Source: Alphaproteobacteria bacterium (GTDB lineage: Bacteria; Pseudomonadota; Alphaproteobacteria; Micropepsales; Micropepsaceae). From it: a stretch of 64,000 bases of DNA. The first letter of the stretch is position 1; every line of letters starts with the position of its first letter. Of this stretch, positions 56,952 to 64,000 are shown in pieces. The notes under the pieces are model-generated. The model saw only the letters and a list, made by a program, of their open reading frames with translations, did not search any database and was not told where the DNA came from. The translations under genes and the position numbers were made by a program. The DNA is taken from positions 3,426-67,425 of the forward strand of contig JAFKFG010000019.1 in NCBI GenBank assembly GCA_017307355.1, given 5' to 3'.

Positions 56952-58316
56952 ATGTCCATTCCGCAATCCGCCGGCGGCATGATCGAAAGCCGTGACGATC
57001 TGGTGCGCCATCTTTCCAAGGGCATGAAGCCCAAATCCGCTTGGCGCATCGGCACCGAGCACGAGAAATTCGTCTACTGCCCCAAAACGTTGAAGCCGCT
57101 GGCCTATGAAGGCGCGCCGGGCATCCGTCAGCTGCTGGAAGGCATGGGCCGCTTCGGCTGGCAGCCGGTCAAGGAAGGCGAGAACATCATCGGCGGCAGC
57201 TGGAACGGGGCCTCGCTGTCGCTGGAGCCGGGCGGTCAGTTCGAACTGTCCGGCGCGCCGCTCAAAAGCATCCATGAGACCTGCGCCGAAGTGAACACCC
57301 ATCTGGCGCAGACGCGCGAAGTGGCGAATGAGATCGGCGCCGGCGTGCTGGGCCTGGGCTTCGCGCCCAGCTGGTCCTTGGACGAAGTGCCGGTGATGCC
57401 CAAGGGCCGCTACGGCATCATGCGCAAATACATGCCCAAGGTGGGCGGCTATGGCCTGGACATGATGTTCCGCACCTGCACCGTGCAGGTGAATCTGGAT
57501 TTCGCGGACGAAGCCGACATGGTGAAGAAATTCCGCGTCGGCTTGGCACTGCAGCCCATCACCACCGCGCTTCTGGCCAATTCGCCGTTCCGCGAAGGCC
57601 GCTCCAGCGGTTTCCTCTCTTATCGCGCGCAGGTCTGGACCGATGTCGATCTGGCCCGGTCGGGCATGCTGCCATTCGTGTTCGAAGACGGGATGAGCTT
57701 CGAGCGCTATGTCGATTACGCGCTCGATGTGCCGATGTATGTCGTCTATCGCGACGGCAAATATCACGATGTCGCCGGCAAGAGCTTCCGCGATTTCCTG
57801 GCCCGCAAGATTCCCGAAGTCGCGCAGTTCGAGCCCAGCATGTCGGACTGGGCGGATCATCTCACCACCATTTTCCCCGAAGTGCGGCTGAAGCAGTTTC
57901 TGGAAATGCGCGGCGCCGATGGCGGCCAATGGCGCCGCATCTGCGGCATGCCCGCGCTGTGGGTGGGCCTGGTCTATGACAGTGTGGCGCTGGACGCCGC
58001 CTGGGACATGGTCAAGGACTGGACGGCGGAAGAACGCCAAGTCTTGCGCGATGTGGTGGCCAAGCAGGGATTCCGCGCGCCGTTCCGCAACACCAATGTG
58101 CTGGAGTTGGCGCGCCGGATGATCGAAATTTCCGGCGAAGGCCTCAGGCGCCGCGCCAGCCTGGACAGCGCGGGCATGAGCGAGGACGGCTTCCTCAATC
58201 ACTTGCGCGAATTGGTGGCACGCGGCCAGACCCGCGCAGAAGAATTGCTCCATTCCTTCCAGAACGAATGGAAGGGCGACATGAGCAGACTCTTCTCCGA
58301 ATATAACTTTTTATGA
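56952..58316 (+). CDS. gshA: Glutamate--cysteine ligase, plant/alphaproteobacterial type (GCS2 family)
   Basis: IGTEHEKFVY and SLEPGGQFELSGAPLKSIHETCAEVNTHL closely resemble plant GSH1-type enzymes. Confidence 0.9.
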   Translation: MSIPQSAGGMIESRDDLVRHLSKGMKPKSAWRIGTEHEKFVYCPKTLKPLAYEGAPGIRQLLEGMGRFGWQPVKEGENIIGGSWNGASLSLEPGGQFELSGAPLKSIHETCAEVNTHLAQTREVANEIGAGVLGLGFAPSWSLDEVPVMPKGRYGIMRKYMPKVGGYGLDMMFRTCTVQVNLDFADEADMVKKFRVGLALQPITTALLANSPFREGRSSGFLSYRAQVWTDVDLARSGMLPFVFEDGMSFERYVDYALDVPMYVVYRDGKYHDVAGKSFRDFLARKIPEVAQFEPSMSDWADHLTTIFPEVRLKQFLEMRGADGGQWRRICGMPALWVGLVYDSVALDAAWDMVKDWTAEERQVLRDVVAKQGFRAPFRNTNVLELARRMIEISGEGLRRRASLDSAGMSEDGFLNHLRELVARGQTRAEELLHSFQNEWKGDMSRLFSEYNFL

Positions 58317-58332
58317 GCGCCAAGAATTTTGA

Positions 58333-58418
58333 CTGCTGAGCAGGGTTGCCTAGCGGCAGCGTAGCGGCAACGCGCGGAGCGTGCTTTAGCACGTGAGCAC
58401 GCGCGACGAACTCAGCAG
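58333..58418. other. ~86-nt structured intergenic element (three-way-junction-like fold)
   Basis: Outer 8-bp stem CTGCTGAG/CTCAGCAG (58333-58340 pairs with 58411-58418). It encloses a 5-bp stem TTGCC/GGCAA around a direct repeat TAGCGGCA x2 (58346-58370), and a 7-bp stem GCGTGCT/AGCACGC (58379-58402). Confidence 0.55.
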
Positions 58419-58434
58419 CCAAAAGGCGGCGCGT

Positions 58435-59466
58435 TCATTTATTGACGGGCAAGCGCTGATCTTTGAAGCGCGTGATCATCCAATGCGGATAATCTTCGGC
58501 GATCGCGGATAATTCGTCGAGCTTGGCGATCTCGTCCGCCGTCAGCGTCAGCTTGGTCGCTTCCAGATTGTCGTCCAGCTGTTCGAGCGTGCGCGCGCCG
58601 ATGATCATACTGGTGACGAAGGGCTTGGAAAGAACCCAGGCCAGCGCCACCCGCGCTACAGACGTATTGTGCGCTTTGGCGATGGGCCGCATGGCCGCGA
58701 TGATGGGCTCGCCGCGGGCGCGGTCCACCGGCGGGAAGTCGAAATTCTTGCGGCGGCCTTCCGCGCCGCCTTCACCGCCTTCGGAATATTTTCCGGACAG
58801 ATAGCCACCGGCCAAGGGGCTCCAGACCAGGCAGCCGATCCGTTCTTCTTCCATCATCGGCACCAGTTCGCGTTCCAGCTCGCGTCCAGTGAGGGAGTAA
58901 TAGGCCTGCACGGTTTCGAAGCGCTCCTGTCCGCGCGCGCCCGCAATGGCGTTGGCCTTCATGATCCGCCAGGCGGTCCAGTTGGAAACGCCGATGTAGC
59001 GGACCATGCCTTGACGCACGAGATCGTCCAGCGCGCGCATGGTTTCTTCCACCGGGGTGACGAGGTCGGTCTGGTGGATCTGATAAAGATCGATGTAATC
59101 CGTCTTGAGCCGTTCCAGGCTCCTGGCCACGCCGTCCATGATGTGGCCGCGCGACGCGCCGATCTCGTTGACGCCCGGTCCCATGCGCGCGAATACTTTG
59201 GTCGCCAGCACGATCTCGCTGCGCCTGAGGCCCAGGTCGCGGATCGCCTGGCCGGTCATCACTTCGGACTGGCCGGCCGAATAGGCGTCGGCGGTGTCCA
59301 GAAAGTTCACCCCGGCCGCGACGCTGCGCTCCACCAATTTGGTCGAAGCTTTCTGGTCCAGGGTGCCGATGGCGCCGCCGAAGAAATTCTCGCCGGAGAA
59401 AGTCATGGTGCCCAGGCAGATTTCGGACACGAACAGGCCGCTGCGGCCCATCTGATTGTATTTCAT
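58435..59466 (-). CDS. Aldo/keto reductase
   Basis: MKYNQMGRSGLFVSEICLGTMTF N-terminus plus NFLDTADAYS and IGVSNW blocks. Confidence 0.9.
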   Translation of the reverse strand: MKYNQMGRSGLFVSEICLGTMTFSGENFFGGAIGTLDQKASTKLVERSVAAGVNFLDTADAYSAGQSEVMTGQAIRDLGLRRSEIVLATKVFARMGPGVNEIGASRGHIMDGVARSLERLKTDYIDLYQIHQTDLVTPVEETMRALDDLVRQGMVRYIGVSNWTAWRIMKANAIAGARGQERFETVQAYYSLTGRELERELVPMMEEERIGCLVWSPLAGGYLSGKYSEGGEGGAEGRRKNFDFPPVDRARGEPIIAAMRPIAKAHNTSVARVALAWVLSKPFVTSMIIGARTLEQLDDNLEATKLTLTADEIAKLDELSAIAEDYPHWMITRFKDQRLPVNK

Positions 59467-59513
59467 CGCGGGATCTCCTGTTTGCGGCTCGAGCTATAGG
59501 CGCGGCGAGGCCG

Positions 59514-60422
59514 CTATCTGGGCTCGGGCAGGGGGATGAATTCCTGGTCGTCGCCGGGGATTTTGCCGAACAGGCCGGAACGCCAGTCGGATTTGGCGAC
59601 CTCGATGCGATTTTTCGACGAGGACACGAAATTCCACCAGATGTGGCGGGGCCCATCCAGCGGCGCGCCGCCCAGCAGCATCACCCGCGCCGGGCCATCG
59701 GCGAACAACGTGACGACCTCGCCCTTTTCCAGAAACAGCATGGCGCCGGCGCCATGGGTCTCCACGCCCTGATCGCCGCCGATCTGGAATTCGCCATCCA
59801 CGATGAAGAGCGCGCGTTCCTCATGTTCGGCGGTGATGGTGAAGCTGCCGCCCGCTTCGAAACGGGCATCGGCATAGAAGATGGGCGAGAAGACTTTGAC
59901 CGGGGAGGCGAGGCCGAAGGCTTCGCCCGTGATCATCCGCAGGCGCACGCCTTTCTCATCCTGTTCGGGAAGCTCGGCGGCGGCGAAATGCTGGAAATGC
60001 GGATCACTCTCTTCATCCTTCTGCGGCAGCCCGACCCAGGTCTGGATGCCGTGCAGGCGGTGGCCGCGGGCGCGCAATTCCTCGCCCGTGCGTTCGGAAT
60101 GGGCGATGCCGCGTCCGGCGGTCATCCAGTTGACGTCGCCGGGCTTGATCTCCTGCACCGAGCCCAGCGTGTCGCGGTGCATCTGCGCGCCTTCGAACAG
60201 ATAGGTCACGGTGGCGAGCCCGATATGGGGATGCGGGCGCACATCCACGCCCTTGCCGGGCGGAAAATCCACCGGCCCGAAATAGTCGAAGAAGAGGAAC
60301 GGCCCGATGCTGCGCCGCGCCGCCTGGGGCAGCATGCGCGCCACCATGAAACCGTCGCCCAGATCGTGGGTCTTGCCTTTGATGGGGATCATGCCGGGAA
60401 GCTTAGCGCCCGTTCGTGACAC
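59514..60422 (-). CDS. Pirin-family protein
   Basis: Bicupin with metal-binding motif PHPHIGLATVTYLFEG...H and a second cupin half. Confidence 0.9.
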   Translation of the reverse strand: MSRTGAKLPGMIPIKGKTHDLGDGFMVARMLPQAARRSIGPFLFFDYFGPVDFPPGKGVDVRPHPHIGLATVTYLFEGAQMHRDTLGSVQEIKPGDVNWMTAGRGIAHSERTGEELRARGHRLHGIQTWVGLPQKDEESDPHFQHFAAAELPEQDEKGVRLRMITGEAFGLASPVKVFSPIFYADARFEAGGSFTITAEHEERALFIVDGEFQIGGDQGVETHGAGAMLFLEKGEVVTLFADGPARVMLLGGAPLDGPRHIWWNFVSSSKNRIEVAKSDWRSGLFGKIPGDDQEFIPLPEPR

Positions 60423-60425
60423 CTG

Positions 60426-60761
60426 TCATCCCGGCAGGACGAAATTGCCGTCGCTGTCCTTGGCGATCGGCTTCACCCACAAGACGGCGCTGGTGAGAAG
60501 CACGCCATAGAGATGCGGGAAATCCTCGCCGCGGGAAGGGGAATGTTCCCAGCGCAGCAAGCTGCCCAGGTGCTTGGGATCCGCCGCGACCAACAAGAGG
60601 TCGTCCTTGCCCGCATAATAGCGGCGCAAGGTTTCAGGCAATTGCGCCCAAGTGGAGAAATGCAGGAAGCCGTCGGCCCGGTCATGGTCCGAGCCTTCAT
60701 AGGCGTCGGTGATCTCGGCCCATTCGGTGCGCGGGACGATCTTGAAAACCGGTTCAGTCAT
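60426..60761 (-). CDS. DUF952 domain-containing protein
   Basis: ATG 60761 gives MTEPVFKIVPRTEWAE...DGFLHFSTWAQL...FPHLYG, the DUF952 pattern. Confidence 0.8.
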   Translation of the reverse strand: MTEPVFKIVPRTEWAEITDAYEGSDHDRADGFLHFSTWAQLPETLRRYYAGKDDLLLVAADPKHLGSLLRWEHSPSRGEDFPHLYGVLLTSAVLWVKPIAKDSDGNFVLPG

Positions 60762-61008
60762 TGCTGCCCCAACGCCAGCGCCAGCCACCTTCGGTTTTGG
60801 CATGGCCGATCAAAACAGTGGGGACCAGTATCAATGGCAATCCAATCGCAATGATGAAAAACCGCGTGGCATTGTCGTGCATGAAGTCCGCGGCGATGAC
60901 CATGCCCACCGTCAGCGCGGCGCTGAGCGCCGTGAACAGCCAGCCTTGCCAGGTGTTGGGCGTGGCGCCATAGCCGAACCGCTTCTGCCGGAACCAGTAG
61001 CGCGGCAT
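60754..61008 (-). CDS. Hypothetical small membrane protein (84 aa)
   Basis: ATG 61008 (MPRYWFRQKRFGYGATPNTWQGW...) followed by two predicted TM helices. Overlaps the DUF952 start by 8 nt. Confidence 0.5.
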   Translation of the reverse strand: MPRYWFRQKRFGYGATPNTWQGWLFTALSAALTVGMVIAADFMHDNATRFFIIAIGLPLILVPTVLIGHAKTEGGWRWRWGSND

Positions 61009-61036
61009 CAGGCACTCCGCGGCCGGATGGCCGCCC

Positions 61037-62458
61037 TCATGTTGAAGTGCCCCCGACGGTAAGACCATCCAAACGGAGGGTCGGCTGGCCGACGCCCACC
61101 GGCACGCTCTGACCGTTCTTGCCGCATGTGCCGATGCCGGTATCGAGCTTCATGTCGTTGCCGATCATGGAAACCCGGGTGAGGCTTTCGGGACCGGATC
61201 CGATCAGGGTCGCGCCCTTGATCGGCGTGCCCAGCTTGCCGTCCTCGATGGCATAGGCCTCGGTGCAGCTGAACACGAATTTGCCATTGGTGATATCGAC
61301 CTGGCCGCCGCCGAAATTGGTGGCGTAGATGCCTTTCTTCACGCTGGCGAGAATTTCGCCCGGATCCTTGTCGCCGGCCAGCATGTAGGTGTTGGTCATG
61401 CGCGGCATCACCGTGGCGCCGAAACTCTGACGTCGGCCGTTGCCGGTGGGCTTCATGCCCATCAGCCGGGCATTCTGCCGGTCCTGCATATAGCCTTTGA
61501 GAATACCGTCCTCGATCAGCACGGTGCGTGAAGTGGGCGTGCCTTCGTCATCGATGGAAAGCGAGCCGCGGCGGCCGTCGATGGTGCCGTCATCCACCAC
61601 TGTCACGCCGGGGGCGGCGACGCGCTCGCCCAAAAGGCCCGCGAATGCCGATGTCTTCTTGCGGTTGAAATCGCCTTCCAGCCCGTGGCCGATGGCTTCG
61701 TGCAGCAGGATGCCGGGCCAGCCCGGTCCCAGCACCACCGTCATCTCGCCCGCGGGCGCGGGCACCGATTCCAGATTGATCAGCGCCTGACGCAAAGCTT
61801 CGTCGACCGCAGCTTTCCAATAGCCGGGATCCATGTAGGTCTCGTAGCCGCTGCGGCCGCCGCCGCCGAAACTGCCGGTTTCCTGGCGGCCGTCTTTTTC
61901 CACCACCACCGAAACGCCGATGCGGACGAGGGGGCGGATGTCGGAATAATGCTCGCCGCCGGCGCGCATGATCTCGATGCGCTGCCATTCGCCCGAAAGC
62001 GAGGCCGAGACTTGCCGGACCCGGCTGTCCTTGGCCCGGGCATAGGCGTTCATCTCTTCCAGAAGGCCCACCTTGGCCGCGAACTGGGCGGTCTGGAGCG
62101 GGTCGAGGTCGGTATAAAGTTTCACATTGCTGCGGGCAGGGCCGGCCGCCGCCTGTCCCGAACGCCCGGCGGCCACGGCCTTCACGGTCGCCGCGGCCCG
62201 GGCGATGGCCTCCTCGGACAGTTCGGTGGCGTGGGCATAGCCGGTGGCTTCTCCCGCCACGGCCCGAAGACCAAAGCCCTGGGAGGTGTCGAAACTGGCC
62301 GCCTTCAGCCGATTGTCGTCAAAGGCGAATGATTCGGACTGGCTGTATTCCAGAAAAAGTTCCCCGTCGTCGGCCCCGGACAGGGCCGAATCCAGCTGGC
62401 TCTGGACGCGGGCGCGGTCCATTCCGGTACGGGAAAAGAACAGATCGGTATCGGACAT
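61037..62458 (-). CDS. tldD: TldD metalloprotease subunit
   Basis: ATG 62458 (MSDTDLFFSRTGMDRARV...). HEAIGHGLEGDFNRK zinc-binding motif is present. The listed ORF extension to 62602 is discarded. Confidence 0.9.
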   Translation of the reverse strand: MSDTDLFFSRTGMDRARVQSQLDSALSGADDGELFLEYSQSESFAFDDNRLKAASFDTSQGFGLRAVAGEATGYAHATELSEEAIARAAATVKAVAAGRSGQAAAGPARSNVKLYTDLDPLQTAQFAAKVGLLEEMNAYARAKDSRVRQVSASLSGEWQRIEIMRAGGEHYSDIRPLVRIGVSVVVEKDGRQETGSFGGGGRSGYETYMDPGYWKAAVDEALRQALINLESVPAPAGEMTVVLGPGWPGILLHEAIGHGLEGDFNRKKTSAFAGLLGERVAAPGVTVVDDGTIDGRRGSLSIDDEGTPTSRTVLIEDGILKGYMQDRQNARLMGMKPTGNGRRQSFGATVMPRMTNTYMLAGDKDPGEILASVKKGIYATNFGGGQVDITNGKFVFSCTEAYAIEDGKLGTPIKGATLIGSGPESLTRVSMIGNDMKLDTGIGTCGKNGQSVPVGVGQPTLRLDGLTVGGTST

Positions 62459-62708
62459 GGTGGTCTCCGGCTGGGGCGGGCGGGTAAAAAACCAGCGAAC
62501 GCCAATGCTTAGACCCCAGATATCGGGGACTTGGGGCGTTCCGGCAAGGCCCTGCGGAAGGTAGGATTTCTCCGGCGATTGGCCGGGAAAGGGCCGTGCC
62601 ATAAGGTCGCAATGACTTTAAGGGCTTAACCCCTCTAAATCCCCGCCAAGAATCTGAAACGTGCGGGGGTTTTCGAATACCCTGCCGGCATTTGCGAGGT
62701 CGCTATCC

Positions 62709-63539
62709 ATGTCTCTTAAACCCCGGTCCTGGCGGAATATTGGAATCACCGCCGCCGCGGTTGCCCTGTGGGCTTCTGCCGCCTCCGCCCTGCCCAGGAA
62801 TTATCAGCTGGGCTTTCAGCCGGCGGCCTCGCCGGTGATGGACCAGATCGAGAATTTCCATACCGAGCTGCTCTACATCATCACCTTCGTGTGCCTCTTC
62901 GTGCTGGCACTGCTGGTCTATATCGTCATCAAGTTCCGCGCCGGCGCGAACCCCACCCCCTCCAAGGTGCATCACAACACGCTCCTGGAAGTGGCCTGGA
63001 CCATCATTCCGGTGATCATCCTGGTGGTGATCGCGGTGCCCAGCTTCCGCCTGCTGTATTTCGAGAGCGCCATTCCGAAGCCCGACGTCACCATCAAGGC
63101 GATCGGCAAGCAGTGGTTCTGGACCTATGAATATCCGGGCGCCAATGCCGGCTTCACCTATGACTCGCTGGGCCTGTCGGATGCCGATGCCGCCAAGGCC
63201 GGCAAGCCGCGCCTTCTGGGCACCGACAATGAAGTGGTGGTTCCGGTCGGCAAGGTGATCGAGATCGAAACCACCGGCGCCGACGTGATCCATTCCTGGG
63301 CGCTGCCCGAGATGGGCGTGAAGATGGACGCCGTGCCGGGCCGCATCAATCACACCTGGTTCAAGGCCGAGCGCACCGGCATCTATTACGGCCAGTGCTC
63401 GGAACTGTGCGGCGCCCGCCATGCCTATATGCCGATCGAAGTGCATGTGGTGAGCGACGCCGAATATGCCGAATGGCTCGCCTCTGCGAAGAAGAAGTTT
63501 GCCGCTCTCGACACCAACATTCACGTCGCCGCGAATTAG
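62709..63539 (+). CDS. ctaC: Cytochrome c oxidase (aa3-type) subunit II
   Basis: Signal/anchor followed by two TM helices. CuA site is present (DVIHSWALPEMGVKMDAVPGR...GQCSELCGARHAYMP). GTG 62661 is the alternative start. Confidence 0.9.
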   Translation: MSLKPRSWRNIGITAAAVALWASAASALPRNYQLGFQPAASPVMDQIENFHTELLYIITFVCLFVLALLVYIVIKFRAGANPTPSKVHHNTLLEVAWTIIPVIILVVIAVPSFRLLYFESAIPKPDVTIKAIGKQWFWTYEYPGANAGFTYDSLGLSDADAAKAGKPRLLGTDNEVVVPVGKVIEIETTGADVIHSWALPEMGVKMDAVPGRINHTWFKAERTGIYYGQCSELCGARHAYMPIEVHVVSDAEYAEWLASAKKKFAALDTNIHVAAN

Positions 63540-63552
63540 GAAGAACTAAGTC

Positions 63553-64000
63553 ATGACCGATCTCGCTTTCGACCACGGCGACCGCCACTTCGAAGACCAT
63601 AGCCATCATCCCACCGGCTGGCGCCGCTACGTCTATTCCACCAACCATAAGGACATCGGCACGATGTACCTTATCTTCGCGATTTGCGCGGGTTTGATCG
63701 GCGGCTTCTTCTCCATGATGATGCGCGCCGAGCTGATGTATCCCGGCTTGCAGATCTTCAAGGAACCGCACGAATTCAACGTGTTCGTCACCGGCCATGG
63801 CCTAGTCATGATCTTCTTCATGATCATGCCGGCGATGATCGGCGGGTTCGGCAACTGGCTGGTGCCCCTGATGATCGGGGCGCCGGACATGGCGTTCCCC
63901 CGCATGAACAACATCTCCTTCTGGCTGCTGCCCTTCTCCTTCGCGCTGCTGGTGATGAGCATGTTCGTGGAAGGCGATTCGGGCGGCATCGGCGTGGGTG
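63553..64000 (+). CDS. ctaD: Cytochrome c oxidase subunit I, N-terminal 149 aa (3' end outside window)
   Basis: ATG 63553. [23 protein letters not shown]...[43 protein letters not shown] is the canonical subunit I N-terminus. The frame is open to the window edge, so it is not in the ORF track. Confidence 0.9.
   Translation, partial: MTDLAFDHGDRHFEDHSHHPTGWRRYVYSTNHKDIGTMYLIFAICAGLIGGFFSMMMRAELMYPGLQIFKEPHEFNVFVTGHGLVMIFFMIMPAMIGGFGNWLVPLMIGAPDMAFPRMNNISFWLLPFSFALLVMSMFVEGDSGGIGVG

Noticed and set aside
44616-62458. pmbA and tldD both lie in the window. I considered a microcin/RiPP-maturation locus.
   Set aside because: They are 15 kb apart, each in conserved housekeeping synteny, and no precursor peptide, cyclodehydratase or immunity gene is nearby.

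Overview
High-GC chromosomal segment whose gene content and synteny look alphaproteobacterial (inference from IalB-family genes, DUF2093, DUF4170, plant-type gshA, tldD divergent from ctaC-ctaD, and an EcfG-type GGAAC-N17-CGTT promoter). I call about 66 protein-coding genes, almost all core housekeeping. In order: a TonB-dependent receptor (5' truncated by the window edge); a TetR plus RND efflux pair; a FecI/FecR/TonB-dependent transducer cell-surface signalling module whose transducer is split by a frameshift; amtB; exported msrA and msrB flanking two IalB paralogues; csbD; sppA; xseB-dxs-tlyA-RNA methyltransferase; aroC / histidine phosphatase / fabI / J-domain protein; pdxH; a CDF transporter; rluB divergent from tadA; a PAS histidine kinase; purD divergent from xseA; and an M23 peptidase. 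A roughly 16 kb co-directional minus-strand string follows: ubiA, METTL20-like methyltransferase, two APC permeases, ubiD, two retropepsin-like proteases, pmbA, an IMPase-family gene, DUF4170, then msbA-waaA-lpxK-lpxL. The window ends with rsmE, an ArsR-SRPBCC-SRPBCC-VOC operon, gshA, an aldo/keto reductase, pirin, DUF952, tldD and ctaC-ctaD (3' truncated). I saw no rRNA, tRNA, CRISPR array, transposase, integrase, phage gene or recognisable defence gene. Many long ORFs in the track are GC-driven antisense shadows. I do not see a convincing self-contained novel system. The best follow-up candidates are: (1) the exported 1-Cys MsrA / Tat-MsrB pair bracketing two 4-Cys IalB proteins; (2) tandem single-chain double-DTG retropepsin-like proteases; (3) a 43-bp tandem repeat copying the 3' end of purD; (4) a roughly 30-codon in-frame gap in the RND pump; (5) APC permeases and a METTL20-like methyltransferase embedded between ubiA and ubiD; (6) an orphan minus-strand terminator upstream of amtB; and (7) two structured intergenic elements. 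All functional calls rest on motif recognition by eye, without any database search.
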